A DNA stretch of 64,000 bases. It comes from Coraliomargarita sp. (lineage in GTDB: Bacteria > Verrucomicrobiota > Verrucomicrobiia > Opitutales > Coraliomargaritaceae). The notes under the pieces are model-generated. The model did not search any database and was not told the DNA's origin. It was given only the letters and a program-made list of their open reading frames with translations. The first letter of the stretch is position 1. Each line of letters starts with the position of its first letter. Where the stretch lies: the NCBI GenBank assembly GCA_965216325.1, contig OZ244160.1, positions 1,376,001 to 1,440,000 on the forward strand, given 5' to 3'. A program made the translations under genes and the position numbers. Positions 1-10,721 of this stretch are shown here, one piece after another.

Positions 1-1530
1 GAGCAGCACAATACGGAGACTCTTCCCCAGATCTTTTTCCGAAACCAACTTCTCATATACCTCCAAGGCCATCTCGCTCTCGCCATATGTATGCAAAAAG
101 TCAGCAATTTGCTTCACCAAGACCCGCTCATCGACCGGAAACACGCTCATATAGCGGATGATCTTGAGCGCCTCCACCCCCTTTCGCGGCTGCCCGAGCT
201 CCTGATGCAAGCCTGCGAGCTTATAAGCCAGAGCCAAAGACGGATATTTAATATACATCGCGCGTGCATAGCTCAACGCCTCCCCCACAGAAACCTCAGC
301 CTTCCGGCGATTCACCTCACGAATAATCACATAACTCGCCCAAGGCCCCTCCTCCAACTCTGTAAGCTGCTGCTTCAAACTCACTTTAAACGGCCGATAC
401 AAAGGATCGCCAATGGCAACCCCCATCCAGCTGCTCACTGGATAACTATACGCAGAAGCCTCGCCAAAAGTTCGTCCCGCCAGAAGATGCTTCAGCATTA
501 AGTGCGGGTGGTGAGTAAACTCCATATACGGCTCATAGACATTGCCCACAGTTGCACAGTAGCCCTGCTGCACAAAGGGCCCAAGCCAGCGTTTCGTAGA
601 GGAGCGAACCGTGGTGGCGGAATAGCTATGAAGGTGGAAGGCAATTGCCCCAGGCGGAACCGACCAACGCGGCTCTTTCCATGGGCCATATGCATCCGCC
701 CGATACCACCCCATATAAATAGCAGGCGCATCTAAACGGTGACTAAAGTTCATCTGCGCGCGAGTGCCCTCAAAGTCGGTATCGAAGTGCGCAGCTTCTG
801 CGTAATCCCCAGCGGCATTGATCCACTCATTGCCCTTCGGGTTCGGACCAGCGCCGGTGTCGATATAGGCTCGGCCGCGCAAGCCACGCTTCTCCGCCTC
901 GATCGTGCGATCGATCAAGGAGAGCACTCGATCCACAGACGGACCATCCAAGCGACAAACCCGGACAAAGGCAGTCGTGACTTGCTGGGTGGGATAGTCC
1001 TTCTCAAAAAACGGATTCTTCAGCAACGAGGTCAGCGGCAGCTGCGCGGGAACTGCCATCACCATTAAGTCGCTATCGACCGAGCCTTGATTCATGCGCA
1101 GTTCTTTTTGTAGATTCGCCGTTTCGGGCTCGTAGAGTTGGGGATCATTCGCAAACCGCAAAGGAACCCCACGAGTAGTGACTAAGTAACTCATCGAGTG
1201 CGCCCCAATCGACATGCGTTTCCTCCCCACAGTATCGGCAGCGCCACTCCGCGCCCCCTTGACCCAGCCCTTGTCGATTAATTGCCCCAGCAATGGATTA
1301 TAAATACTATCCACGTATTCACGAATCGTGATCGTCTCCTTGGTCGGCATTGGTAGCGCTATAATATTCTCAACCGGAATTTGCCTCTGCTTCGCATAGT
1401 ATTCCGCGATCTCGACGGACCCCGAGTCATTCGAATTCGCGACAATCACCACTCGTTCAGCCTCATTGGCAATCAGAACAGCCGGCAACAAGCCTAAGAA
1501 CAATAAGAGTCGCGAGTAGTAAAATTTCAT
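1..1530 (-). CDS. TIGR03790 family protein, runs off the window start
   Basis: Not in the ORF track. ATG at 1530 gives [52 protein letters not shown]...[12 protein letters not shown]: a signal peptide plus the family's N-terminal motifs. Confidence 0.75.
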   Translation of the reverse strand, partial: MKFYYSRLLLFLGLLPAVLIANEAERVVIVANSNDSGSVEIAEYYAKQRQIPVENIIALPMPTKETITIREYVDSIYNPLLGQLIDKGWVKGARSGAADTVGRKRMSIGAHSMSYLVTTRGVPLRFANDPQLYEPETANLQKELRMNQGSVDSDLMVMAVPAQLPLTSLLKNPFFEKDYPTQQVTTAFVRVCRLDGPSVDRVLSLIDRTIEAEKRGLRGRAYIDTGAGPNPKGNEWINAAGDYAEAAHFDTDFEGTRAQMNFSHRLDAPAIYMGWYRADAYGPWKEPRWSVPPGAIAFHLHSYSATTVRSSTKRWLGPFVQQGYCATVGNVYEPYMEFTHHPHLMLKHLLAGRTFGEASAYSYPVSSWMGVAIGDPLYRPFKVSLKQQLTELEEGPWASYVIIREVNRRKAEVSVGEALSYARAMYIKYPSLALAYKLAGLHQELGQPRKGVEALKIIRYMSVFPVDERVLVKQIADFLHTYGESEMALEVYEKLVSEKDLGKSLRIVLL

Positions 1531-1542
1531 ACCTAGCTTGGG

Positions 1543-2571
1543 TTAGCGAATGCGGGAGAGACGATTTCGATAGCCAACGATACCCTCAAACAATGCTTGT
1601 GCAATCGTTTGTCGATGCGCAGCACTACGAAGTTTACGAGCTGTCGGCTCATGCGAAACAAAGCCAAGCTCAACCAAGACCCCGGGGCACTCGAGATGCT
1701 TGAGCACCAGAAAACGTGCCCGCTTCACACCACGATCAGGCCCGCCAAGCCGATGAACCAAAGCACGCTGTACATGGTAGGCAGCTAGCGTATTCCAAGG
1801 GTCCTGACCATTCCCCTCATAGCGAGTGCTATCACGATTGGTCGGGCGTGGATACTTCGATGATGCTTGATACTGAGGAGTCAGCGCAAACGTCTCATAC
1901 CCCTCCGCCGACGTTGAGACCGCAGCATTAAAATGCAGACTCAAAAAAAGATCTCCATTTGCCCGATTAGCCATCGCCGGACGTCGATCCAAAGGAATAT
2001 ACACATCGCTCTTACGGGTCATAATCACCTCATACCCGACCTCTTCCAACATACGCTTCAATCGATTCGCCACATCCAGAGCGAGCTGCTTCTCCTGCAG
2101 ACCGTAGACCTTATCCACCGCGCCACTGTCCTTCCCCCCATGCCCCGCATCAATCACGATGCGACGCAGTCCTGGCCTCGGACGAAAGGCCTGCGGCGTC
2201 AGGATCGACTTCAGCACATGCTGCAAATCCGCTTGAGCGACATACAAGCGACCTTGCGATTCCTTCGCCGGAAAGCCCAGATACACCGGCATTTGATTCA
2301 ACTCCAAAACCTTGTTGTTCTTCCCAAAATCAATTGTCGTCCATCGACTCTTCAGCCTAAAGGTCTTATACCCTTTCAACCAATAAGCCTTCATTCCGAA
2401 GTGCTGAGCAACCGTCGTCAAATCAACGTAACTACGCCCCTCAACCTGAATCTGGCGCGCAAAAAGAGGCGCACCCGCCGGAACGAGTGCGCCAATCAAT
2501 AAAAACAATGCGAGCTTCAGCGCTGCGCCAGCGAGTCGGCCAATCATACACTGCCCGGCATCACTCAGCAT
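1543..2571 (-). CDS. N-acetylmuramoyl-L-alanine amidase (Amidase_3)
   Basis: IVIDAGHGGKDSGA, EKQLALD, FLSLHFNA, VLVELGF motifs; start may be 2547. Confidence 0.93.
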   Translation of the reverse strand: MLSDAGQCMIGRLAGAALKLALFLLIGALVPAGAPLFARQIQVEGRSYVDLTTVAQHFGMKAYWLKGYKTFRLKSRWTTIDFGKNNKVLELNQMPVYLGFPAKESQGRLYVAQADLQHVLKSILTPQAFRPRPGLRRIVIDAGHGGKDSGAVDKVYGLQEKQLALDVANRLKRMLEEVGYEVIMTRKSDVYIPLDRRPAMANRANGDLFLSLHFNAAVSTSAEGYETFALTPQYQASSKYPRPTNRDSTRYEGNGQDPWNTLAAYHVQRALVHRLGGPDRGVKRARFLVLKHLECPGVLVELGFVSHEPTARKLRSAAHRQTIAQALFEGIVGYRNRLSRIR

Positions 2572-2580
2572 GCCGCAAAC

Positions 2581-3216
2581 TTAAGACTCTTCGTGCTCGT
2601 CGGAGTCGTCGCTGTCATCAAAATCGTCATCCGGACGATTATACTTCAGCTGACGCTTGCCCTCCGGCAATGGCGACACAATCAAAACAACCTGACGGCC
2701 CATATGACGCGCCTCACCATCCGGCGAGGAAACACCTGAAAGTTCATCACGCGCTTGGTTAATGCGCTCAACTCCGAGCTCAGGATGCTCATTCTCACGA
2801 CCACGCAATTGCAGCGATAGCTTCACTTTATTACCGTTATACAAGAAGCCTTCAGCACGACGAAGTTTCGTTTCGAAATCGTGCACATCAATCGAAATGC
2901 GGAACTTCACCTCCTTGAGCTTAGTCGTCGTCTGCTTATTGTCCTTCTGCTTCTTGCTTTCCTCATAGAGGAACTTGCCAAAATCGAGGATACGACAAAC
3001 AGGAGGACGAGCGCCTGGTGAAATTTCGATCAAGTCGAGACCAACCTTCTTGGCCAGCTCAAGGGCTTTTTTAGGGGGCATCACCCCAAGGTTTGTTCCT
3101 TCTGGGCCGATGACGCGCACCTCTGCGGCACGGATACGATCATTTCTTCTGAGCCCCTTGGGGCCACGATTGCGGTTCTGAAAATTGCGACCGCGTGAAT
3201 TCGGGTATTTTGGCAT
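2581..3216 (-). CDS. infC: translation initiation factor IF-3
   Basis: [42 protein letters not shown] motifs. Confidence 0.97.
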   Translation of the reverse strand: MPKYPNSRGRNFQNRNRGPKGLRRNDRIRAAEVRVIGPEGTNLGVMPPKKALELAKKVGLDLIEISPGARPPVCRILDFGKFLYEESKKQKDNKQTTTKLKEVKFRISIDVHDFETKLRRAEGFLYNGNKVKLSLQLRGRENEHPELGVERINQARDELSGVSSPDGEARHMGRQVVLIVSPLPEGKRQLKYNRPDDDFDDSDDSDEHEES

Positions 3217-3408
3217 TAGTGATTACTACTATAAGAGTCCTGCATGCTCGGAATGTAAACCAAAGCCTAGGCGGGAACAGCGTCGTGCCGCTCCTTATCC
3301 ATTCGCCTTCTGCTTCATCTCTGTGAGTTGGTTTACCATACAAGAACCCATAGAGTTAGGTGAATCCTCAGGCATTTCAACCCTTTTTCGGACCCCGACC
3401 ATAGCGGC

Positions 3409-3921
3409 CTACTGATCAAACATCTTAAATAATTCATCCAAATCAATTTCATCCGATTCGGCAGCGCCCGCACCCCTGGCTTCCCACCATGCACGAATTG
3501 ATCGACGATCCGACTCGATCAACCGATCCAACGGGAGCGAAAACTCACGCCCATCGCGCTCGCGACGAATGCGCACAGTGTCACCAGTAAGTTTCAGCAG
3601 CGTCACCTCAAGACGGTCACCATTGAGATTTGTAACAGTCATCCGATCATCCACCAGCGGTGTTAAGCTCGCTTCAGGCAACTGCACCACAGATTCGGCG
3701 ACGTCCTCAACAACGGCGACATCCGACAACTGAGGAACCTCATCGTCATCTAGCTCGCACTCCCCAACCTCCAGGGGCTCGTCTGAAATCACACCGCGAA
3801 ACAACGCAAACTGACGAAAGAATTCAGGGTTTGTGTGCGAAGTATACACACCAACGCTTAGGCCTAAGACAAAAACCAAAAACAAAGCCAACAGCAGGAT
3901 AACGGAGCGCAGAACTTGCAT
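3409..3921 (-). CDS. membrane-anchored hypothetical protein with C-terminal SHD1-like domain
   Basis: N-terminal TM helix; TNLNGDRLEVTLLKLTGDTVRIRRERDGREFSLPLDRLIESDR resembles SHD1 domains common in PVC bacteria. Confidence 0.6.
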   Translation of the reverse strand: MQVLRSVILLLALFLVFVLGLSVGVYTSHTNPEFFRQFALFRGVISDEPLEVGECELDDDEVPQLSDVAVVEDVAESVVQLPEASLTPLVDDRMTVTNLNGDRLEVTLLKLTGDTVRIRRERDGREFSLPLDRLIESDRRSIRAWWEARGAGAAESDEIDLDELFKMFDQ

Positions 3922-3961
3922 AAAGGCAAAGTACTCGCAGCCCTACGGCGCAACTTCAAGA

Positions 3962-4867
3962 CTACAGTCGGCTTTTCACACCGATCACCTCTGCAAGTGC
4001 GAGCTCTAGACTCGGAGAATTCCAAACAAAACCTGCGTCGAGCAAACGTCGCGGCTTCACCTCTAAATCAGACAGAATTGTCTCATCTGCCATTTCTCCA
4101 TACACACCCCTCAACGCCAGCGCAGGTACCGGAAACCAAGTCGGGCGCCCCACTGCGCGACCGAGCTGCTTGGTAAACTCACGATTCGAAACAGGCTCAG
4201 GTGACACCGCATTGAGGACACCCCGAATCTCATCGCGCTCAATTGCGACTACGAAAACCTCCACGAGATCAGACAGAGCAATCCAACTCATGCGCTGCCG
4301 CCCGGAACCAACACGCCCGCCCATACCCGCCTTAAACACGGGCAGTAATTTCTCCAGGGCGCCCCCATCAGCACTCAAGACAACACCCGTTCGCAAAAAA
4401 ACCGTTCGCAAGCCGGCATCCGACAGCGGACTCGCAGCGCCCTCCCAACACTCCACGACCTCAGCCAAGAAACCATCTCCCTTGGGACTCGACTCATCCA
4501 CAACACCATCCACACAGGTCCCATAATAACTCGCGCCAGAAGCCGAAATAAAATCAACGTTGAGCCCCATTTCGAGAATGCGTCGCACCAGCAGACGAGC
4601 CCCCTCCACACGACTGTCGAGAATCCGCTGCTTCACCTCTGGAGTCCAACGCTGAGCAACACTCTCACCGGCAAGGTGAACAACTGAATCCACCCCCTCC
4701 AGCACAGCAGGGTCCAAGTCCCCGGCCTCAACATTCCAGCGATAATCTCCCGAACTCCGCGACAACTCACGTACCTCGTGCCCAACCAGCCGCAAGCGTC
4801 GACACAGCGCACGCCCCACTAATCCAGTCGCACCGGTAACCAATACTGTTTTCTTCAAGTCACTCAT
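3962..4867 (-). CDS. TIGR01777 family NAD-dependent epimerase/oxidoreductase
   Basis: VTGATGLVG, VVHLAGESVAQRW, GSGRQRMSWI, NAVSPEPV motifs. Confidence 0.92.
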   Translation of the reverse strand: MSDLKKTVLVTGATGLVGRALCRRLRLVGHEVRELSRSSGDYRWNVEAGDLDPAVLEGVDSVVHLAGESVAQRWTPEVKQRILDSRVEGARLLVRRILEMGLNVDFISASGASYYGTCVDGVVDESSPKGDGFLAEVVECWEGAASPLSDAGLRTVFLRTGVVLSADGGALEKLLPVFKAGMGGRVGSGRQRMSWIALSDLVEVFVVAIERDEIRGVLNAVSPEPVSNREFTKQLGRAVGRPTWFPVPALALRGVYGEMADETILSDLEVKPRRLLDAGFVWNSPSLELALAEVIGVKSRL

Positions 4868-6303
4868 GCTCCAACCGATCGAAACTGCTCAAACGCACTC
4901 AAGGCTCTCGCCCGCCCCTCGCCATGCTCTACAATAGGATATGGATAATCAGCGCCAAGTCGAACGCCCATCGCGGTCAAGACAGGCTCTGAAACCTCCC
5001 AAGGCGTATGGATCTTACTCGCAGGCAACTTAGCCAACTCCGGCACATAGCGCTTCACATACTCACCATCCGGATCAAACTTCTTGCCCTGAATAATCGG
5101 ATTGAACACGCGAAAATACGGCGCAGCATCGGCACCACATCCGCCACTCCACTGCCAGCCAAGCGTGTTACTCGCCAAATCAGCATCCACTAAGGTATCC
5201 CAAAACCAACGCGCACCCGCCTTCCAGTCCTGGAGCAGGTGTTTGACCAGGAAAGACGCCACAATCATTCGCACCCGGTTGTGCATCCAGCCAGTCTGCC
5301 ACAACTGACGCATGCCCGCATCAATAATCGGATACCCGGTCTGTCCCAGTTGCCAAGAACCCAGTAGCGCCGCATCTGACTCCCATGGGAAGCTTTCATA
5401 CTCGGGCCTCAACGGACGATCCACCGTATGCGGAAAATGATACAGCACATGATACGCAAACTCACGCCAATAGAGCTCCTTCAAATACACAAATGCGCCG
5501 CCCTGCTCACTCTCATAAGCTCCTTGAAGCGCCGCAACAATCTGGCGCGGCCCGATCTGCCCAAAATGTAAATAAGGCGACAAGCAGGACGTGCCATCCA
5601 GATCCGGGCGATCACGATCCACATCATATGCCTCAGCTCCCGCCCTCACAAACGACTTCAAGCGCTTCAACGCGCCGCGCTCCGTAGGACTCCAGCCCGA
5701 CATCATCTGCCCAGCCCATGGTCTTTCCGGCAAAAGCCCCAAAGAAAGCAAAGGCTCGGAACTCGGAAGCGTATCGCAAAAACACAAAGCCCAATAATCA
5801 GGCTCCACCGGCAGTTCGACTAAGCGTTGGCGCGCCGCTTTAAAATAAGGTGTATAGACCTTATAGGGCTGCCCTGTTTTCGTTCCAACCACATGCGGCT
5901 CGTTCAGTAGCGACGAATTGAAACTCTTTGCCTCGACCCCATACGATACCAACTGCCGTTTGATACTCGCATCCAACTCTCTGCCAGCAGGATCGTAACG
6001 CCGGTTCCAATAAACCGCGCCCGCTCCCGTCTCGCGAACGACCTCATTCAGCACCCCTGCCGTATCCCCAGAACGAAGGATCAACTGCCCCCCGAGCTTA
6101 CGGAGCTCCACATCCAGACCTTCAAGCGCAGCGTGCAACCACACCTTCGAGGCGCCTCCGGGAGCCCAGTCGCCCCCCATCTGCACATCATGTATATAAA
6201 GCGGAATGATCGATCGGCCCTGTCCGATCGCAGCAGCCAGCGCTGCATTGTCACGCAGGCGCAGGTCCCGGCGAAACCAGAGTATTAATGGTTGCTTAGA
6301 CAT
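4864..6303 (-). CDS. phrB: deoxyribodipyrimidine photolyase
   Basis: WFRRDLRLRDN, TSCLSPYLHFG, TGYPIIDAGMRQL, WMHNRVRM, WQWSGGCGAD motifs. Confidence 0.95.
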   Translation of the reverse strand: MSKQPLILWFRRDLRLRDNAALAAAIGQGRSIIPLYIHDVQMGGDWAPGGASKVWLHAALEGLDVELRKLGGQLILRSGDTAGVLNEVVRETGAGAVYWNRRYDPAGRELDASIKRQLVSYGVEAKSFNSSLLNEPHVVGTKTGQPYKVYTPYFKAARQRLVELPVEPDYWALCFCDTLPSSEPLLSLGLLPERPWAGQMMSGWSPTERGALKRLKSFVRAGAEAYDVDRDRPDLDGTSCLSPYLHFGQIGPRQIVAALQGAYESEQGGAFVYLKELYWREFAYHVLYHFPHTVDRPLRPEYESFPWESDAALLGSWQLGQTGYPIIDAGMRQLWQTGWMHNRVRMIVASFLVKHLLQDWKAGARWFWDTLVDADLASNTLGWQWSGGCGADAAPYFRVFNPIIQGKKFDPDGEYVKRYVPELAKLPASKIHTPWEVSEPVLTAMGVRLGADYPYPIVEHGEGRARALSAFEQFRSVGA

Positions 6304-6430
6304 CTATCTAAACTAACCCAACAGAACAGGAAACCTTACAGAAACGCCACACAAGTCGGCTGTAACAATGTTAACGCGAAGTACACAAATGAGCCACATT
6401 TAGCCCAAAACGATCATAAAAGGGCCACAG

Positions 6431-6468
6431 TTCACACTATTGTAACAATTGTGACGCTGTTCCGTAAC
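6431..6468 (+). promoter_or_regulatory. Pho-box-like direct repeats upstream of porin
   Basis: TTCAC 6431, GTAAC 6442, GTAAC 6464 in 11-bp register, upstream of phosphate-uptake genes. Confidence 0.5.
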
Positions 6469-6552
6469 CTTGATGGGCTATTTGTTACGGCGTCGCGACA
6501 AAAGCCACGAGGCATCCGCGAATCACTAAACAAAAGACAACAAACATACACG

Positions 6553-7692
6553 ATGAATACACCATCACGCATCCTTGGCCTGACTGCTCTCGCGGCAGCC
6601 AGCACTCCACTCGTCGCAGGCGCGTCCGAGACCCTCGAGAAGCTCGAGTCCAACCTCGAAAAAGCACTCAGCTATGCGACCCTTTACAAGAACGAAGACA
6701 ACAGCTTCATCCAAAAGGTAGCCTTCACTGGTCGTCTTCAGTATGACTATGCCTACTACGACAACGAAGAGACCAGCCACATTGAAGAGAACGAATGGCG
6801 CCGCGCTCGCGCAGGCTTCAAGGTCGACTTCCTCAACGAGTTCCAAGCACACGCAGAAATGGACATGGACTTTAACGACCACGACCCGGTCTACAACCGC
6901 CTCACCGATGCTTACATCGCATGGAAGCCAAACAGCGACCTGAAGATCAAGGTGGGTAAGCAATCCGCAGGCTTCACCCTCGACGGCGCGACTTCCTCCA
7001 AGAAGCTCTACCGTGCAGAGCGTAGCCTCATCGGCAGCAACATCTGGTTCGGCACTGAGTATTTCGTCGGTGCAACTGTAGCAGGCAAGCACGACAACTG
7101 GAACTGGAAGGGCGGCCTATTCTCTAACACACGCCGCCAGGAATTCGACAACACCTTCGACGGCAGCTGGTTCACCCTCGCTAGCGTTGGCTACAACTTC
7201 GCAGACGCACTCGAAGTCGACAACGCCACACTGCGCCTCGACTACGTCCACCAAGACGAAGCCAGCAACAGCGAAAGCCAATACACACACAGCCGCGACA
7301 ACCTCGAAAACATCGTATCTCTATCTTTCAAATACGACGACGGGAAGAAGCACCTCCACACCGATCTTGCCTACGCCGACGAACTTGACGGCAACGACAT
7401 TTTCGCCCTCCAGATCATGCCATTCTATGACCTGACCGAGCGCTTCCAAGTCGTAGGCAGCTACACCTACATCGAGAACGACGACGGCGGTCTTCGCGTA
7501 AGCCGTTACGCACGCCGCGCAGGAACAGCTGGAAACGACCCAGTCGACGAAATCCACGAGTTCTACCTCGGCTTGAACACCTACCTTTACGGTCACAAGG
7601 TGAAGTGGCAAAACGGCATCGAATATGCGACCACTAACGACGACGAATACGAAGGCCTCGGCTTCACCTCCGCATTCCGCTTCAGCTGGTAA
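6553..7692 (+). CDS. phosphate-selective porin (OprO/OprP family)
   Basis: Start reassigned to ATG 6553 (MNTPSRILGLTALAAA signal peptide); GRLQYD, WRRARAG, DAYIAW motifs; C-terminal aromatic beta-barrel signature; lies upstream of pstS. Confidence 0.85.
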   Translation: MNTPSRILGLTALAAASTPLVAGASETLEKLESNLEKALSYATLYKNEDNSFIQKVAFTGRLQYDYAYYDNEETSHIEENEWRRARAGFKVDFLNEFQAHAEMDMDFNDHDPVYNRLTDAYIAWKPNSDLKIKVGKQSAGFTLDGATSSKKLYRAERSLIGSNIWFGTEYFVGATVAGKHDNWNWKGGLFSNTRRQEFDNTFDGSWFTLASVGYNFADALEVDNATLRLDYVHQDEASNSESQYTHSRDNLENIVSLSFKYDDGKKHLHTDLAYADELDGNDIFALQIMPFYDLTERFQVVGSYTYIENDDGGLRVSRYARRAGTAGNDPVDEIHEFYLGLNTYLYGHKVKWQNGIEYATTNDDEYEGLGFTSAFRFSW

Positions 7693-7703
7693 CTCTTAAC
7701 AAT

Positions 7704-7746
7704 GTGACGCCGTTGTCACAGCAACGGCGTCCTTTCGTAACGTAAC
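7704..7746 (+). promoter_or_regulatory. Pho-box-like repeats overlapping a hairpin upstream of pstS
   Basis: GTGAC 7704, GTCAC 7715, GTAAC 7737 (11-bp register); hairpin GACGCCGTTG-tcacag-CAACGGCGTC. Confidence 0.5.
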
Positions 7747-7790
7747 TAGGTTAAATTTCATACAGCCGGCCCAACCGGCACTCTAATACT

Positions 7791-8615
7791 ATGAAGACAC
7801 AATCCATTCGTAACATTCTCGCAGTCGCCGCACTTACCTTCGGCGCCTCGCTTCAAGCGACCGAAACTCTGGTCATCAAGGGCTCCGACACACTTGGCGC
7901 AAAGATGGTTCCTCAGCTTGCTGAGGCATTCAAAGCAAAGATGCAAAAGCAAGGCGTTGACGTTGCTTTCGAAATCGCAGCTGAAGGCTCCTCCACTGGC
8001 GTCGCTTCTGTAATCGATGCAACTGCAGAAATCGGCATGTCCTCCCGCGACCCGAAGGATAAGGAAGTCGCTAAGGCTAAGACCAAGGGTGTCGACATGA
8101 AGACCCTCACAGTAGCTAAGGACGGCATCGCGATCATCGTAAACGAATCCAGCCCGCTTGAGTCCATCACCGTTGACGAGATCGAAATGATCTTCTCCGG
8201 CGATGCAACTGACTGGTCCGCAATCAGCACACAAACTGGCCCAATCTCAGCTTACACACGTAACACTTCCTCCGGAACCTACGCGGTCTTCCAAAAGCTC
8301 GGCATGAACTCCCGCGACTATGGTCCGGAAACTCAGAAGATGGCAGGCAACGAACAAATCGCTGCTGAAGTTGCAAAGAACCCAAATGGCATCGGCTACG
8401 TCGGTCTCGCTTACATCAACACACCGGGCGTTAAAGTTCTCCCAGTTGAAGGTGCAGCACCAACATCCGCCGACTACCCACTCGCTCGCCCACTTTACTA
8501 CCTGATCAACGGTGGTAAGGAGCTCAGCAGCACTGCCAACGACTTCATCGGTTTCACGATGAGCCCCGAAGGTCAGGCAATCATCGAGCGCGTGCACTTC
8601 CTGTCGATCTACTAA
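7791..8615 (+). CDS. pstS: phosphate ABC transporter substrate-binding protein
   Basis: IKGSDT, EGSSTG, IGMSSR, RNTSSGT, IGYVG, YPLARPL motifs. Confidence 0.95.
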   Translation: MKTQSIRNILAVAALTFGASLQATETLVIKGSDTLGAKMVPQLAEAFKAKMQKQGVDVAFEIAAEGSSTGVASVIDATAEIGMSSRDPKDKEVAKAKTKGVDMKTLTVAKDGIAIIVNESSPLESITVDEIEMIFSGDATDWSAISTQTGPISAYTRNTSSGTYAVFQKLGMNSRDYGPETQKMAGNEQIAAEVAKNPNGIGYVGLAYINTPGVKVLPVEGAAPTSADYPLARPLYYLINGGKELSSTANDFIGFTMSPEGQAIIERVHFLSIY

Positions 8616-8637
8616 GATCCGAATTACTATCACTCCT

Positions 8638-8669
8638 AAGGCCGTCGCCCAACAGGCGACGGCCTTTTT
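8638..8669 (+). terminator. intrinsic terminator after pstS
   Basis: AAGGCCGTCGCC-caaca-GGCGACGGCCTT followed by T run. Confidence 0.8.
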
Positions 8670-8672
8670 CAT

Positions 8673-8691
8673 GTTGGGGTCCCGCCTTTAG
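8673..8691 (+). repeat. single partial REP copy (RAYT-linked family)
   Basis: GTTGGGGTCCCGCCTTTAG matches the first 19 nt of the REP at 61630. Confidence 0.75.
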
Positions 8692-8753
8692 ATCGATTTA
8701 AGCCCAAATAAGCACAACTCGACCGCAACATGCTGTAGCGCAACAAACAACGC

Positions 8754-8781
8754 TTGTCACATTTCGTAACACAATCGTAAC
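8754..8781 (+). promoter_or_regulatory. Pho-box-like repeats upstream of pstC
   Basis: TTGTCAC-atttc-GTAAC-acaatc-GTAAC (GTNAC at 8756, 8766, 8777). Confidence 0.5.
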
Positions 8782-8881
8782 TTTACTAGGCTTGGATTCG
8801 GCAAACTAGGTCCTATACATCCCTCCGAACACGACTTTTGTAACAAAAGCACTTCGCTGATTTTAACACTTTTTAATCCGT

Positions 8882-10693
8882 ATGGACCCGCTCACCGAAA
8901 ACACTACACCGCAGCAACAGCCGGCCTTTAGCCGTCGCCGCGCCGTGCTCTTCGGAAAAGACTCCGACAGCATCATCAAAGCCTTCTTTGGTAGCTCCGC
9001 TACCGTGGCGATCGTGGTCCTCACACTGATCACGATTTTCCTCTTTAAAGAAGGCGCCGGCTTTTTGGGGCTCTACCACAAGAGTCTAACCGAATATCGC
9101 CAGTCCGGCCTCGAATACGTCGATATACTTAAAGAAAAACGCGACGGCTACACTGCCCTCACCCGCTATCTCAATGACGTGCGCGCTGAGTGGATCAACC
9201 AACTTAAAGACGAAGGCCTCGCACAGAAGGACATCTCCAAGACTGTCATGTCCCCCGAGGCCAAGGCCCTCTTCATGGGCTACATGCGCACTGGTTCGGA
9301 CCTGCGTCGCTTTATTAAAGAAAAGATGGATGCGGCCATCGAAATCCGTGATCAACACATTACCAACGAGAATCTGCGCGAGACGCTAGGTAACTACGCC
9401 GACAAGATCGATGCAGTCAGTAGCTATAACTACAAGCTCAACGACGAAGACCGCGCACAATTCATTCTGCGCCTGAATGAGAACATCCGCGCAAACTCCC
9501 TCAACACAGCTAAAGTCGAAACAGGACGCGCACTCCTCGCCAAACTCGAAGCCGGCTCCGCAATCGATAACAGCGATCGCGAGGTCTACCTCAGTCTCTT
9601 GCAGGAACAATACGAAGCCATTGAAGCCACCATCGTCCCACTCGATTTCAGCGAAGAAATCGAAGCAGTCACCAACGAGCAAGATCGCTACGCCGAAGTA
9701 TTGGCCGATCTTGAGAGCTCGATCAACGAAGTGCTCGTCAAGGCCGATGCCGTCGAATTCAACAACGAGGAACTCAGCGAACGCATCGAGCGCTTTAAGG
9801 AACTCAACGCACTCTATCTTTCCGATATCCCCAAGCACAAGGAAGCCCTCACCGCTTGGGATCAAAATGCCAGCATCTCAATCTGGTGGGCACTCGGAGC
9901 CTTCCTCACCGGTAAAGAGTGGGTCACTGCGAGTGACCAGCAAGACTGGTATGGTCTGCTCCCACTCCTCTCCGGCTCACTGCTCATCTCGGTTATCGCC
10001 CTCTTTTTCGCAATTCCATTTGGCGTCGGTGCCGCGATCTACGTCAACCAAATCGCCGGCCCAGTTGAGCGCAACCTGATCAAGCCTTACATCGAATTCG
10101 TCTCCGCGATTCCATCGGTCGTCATCGGTTTCTTCGGTGTCGTGGTATTCGGCGAATTCATCCGCATGTTCTCGCAATTTGAGTTCATGGCTTGGGTGCC
10201 GTTCTTCCCGCTTCAGGAGCGCTTGAATGCCTTCACTGCTGGCTGCCTACTCGCACTCATGGCGATCCCGACGATTTTCACGCTGGCTGAGGATGCGATC
10301 AACAACATCCCTCGCCACTTCAAAGAAGCCTCGCTCGCAATTGGTGCCACACCACTGCAAACCACAATGCGCGTCATCGTGCCAACTGCACTCTCCGGTA
10401 TCATCTCCGCGATCATGCTCGGCTTCGGCCGCGTCATCGGCGAAACCATGGTGGTGCTCCTCTGTGCGGGTAACCGTATCAAGATCCCAGACTTCACCGA
10501 GGGCATGGGGGTCTTCTACCAACCGGTGCACACCATGACGGGTATCATCGCTCAGGAAATGGGTGAAGTGGTTCGCGGCAGCCTACACTACCGCGCCCTC
10601 TTCATGGTCGGCATCGTGCTCTTCTTTGCCTCGCTCGTAATCAACCTCAGCGCCCAATGGGTCGTGAAACGCTACCGCAAGGTCGGCGACTAA
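8882..10693 (+). CDS. pstC: phosphate ABC transporter permease PstC with large soluble insertion
   Basis: [34 protein letters not shown] motifs; operon position. Confidence 0.93.
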   Translation: MDPLTENTTPQQQPAFSRRRAVLFGKDSDSIIKAFFGSSATVAIVVLTLITIFLFKEGAGFLGLYHKSLTEYRQSGLEYVDILKEKRDGYTALTRYLNDVRAEWINQLKDEGLAQKDISKTVMSPEAKALFMGYMRTGSDLRRFIKEKMDAAIEIRDQHITNENLRETLGNYADKIDAVSSYNYKLNDEDRAQFILRLNENIRANSLNTAKVETGRALLAKLEAGSAIDNSDREVYLSLLQEQYEAIEATIVPLDFSEEIEAVTNEQDRYAEVLADLESSINEVLVKADAVEFNNEELSERIERFKELNALYLSDIPKHKEALTAWDQNASISIWWALGAFLTGKEWVTASDQQDWYGLLPLLSGSLLISVIALFFAIPFGVGAAIYVNQIAGPVERNLIKPYIEFVSAIPSVVIGFFGVVVFGEFIRMFSQFEFMAWVPFFPLQERLNAFTAGCLLALMAIPTIFTLAEDAINNIPRHFKEASLAIGATPLQTTMRVIVPTALSGIISAIMLGFGRVIGETMVVLLCAGNRIKIPDFTEGMGVFYQPVHTMTGIIAQEMGEVVRGSLHYRALFMVGIVLFFASLVINLSAQWVVKRYRKVGD

Positions 10694-10721
10694 ACCGGAA
10701 TCACGCAACCAGGACTCCATC

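Noticed and set aside
91..1068. Short plus-strand ORFs at the window start, and the many other antisense or alternate-frame ORFs
   Set aside because: Shadows of well-supported genes (here the minus-strand TIGR03790 gene); no motifs
3962..3976. TIGR01777 protein ending KSRL as another REP-derived C-terminus
   Set aside because: The DNA does not match the REP sequence; coincidence
6292..6552. N-terminal extension of the porin ORF
   Set aside because: Covers the promoter region; the signal peptide begins at ATG 6553
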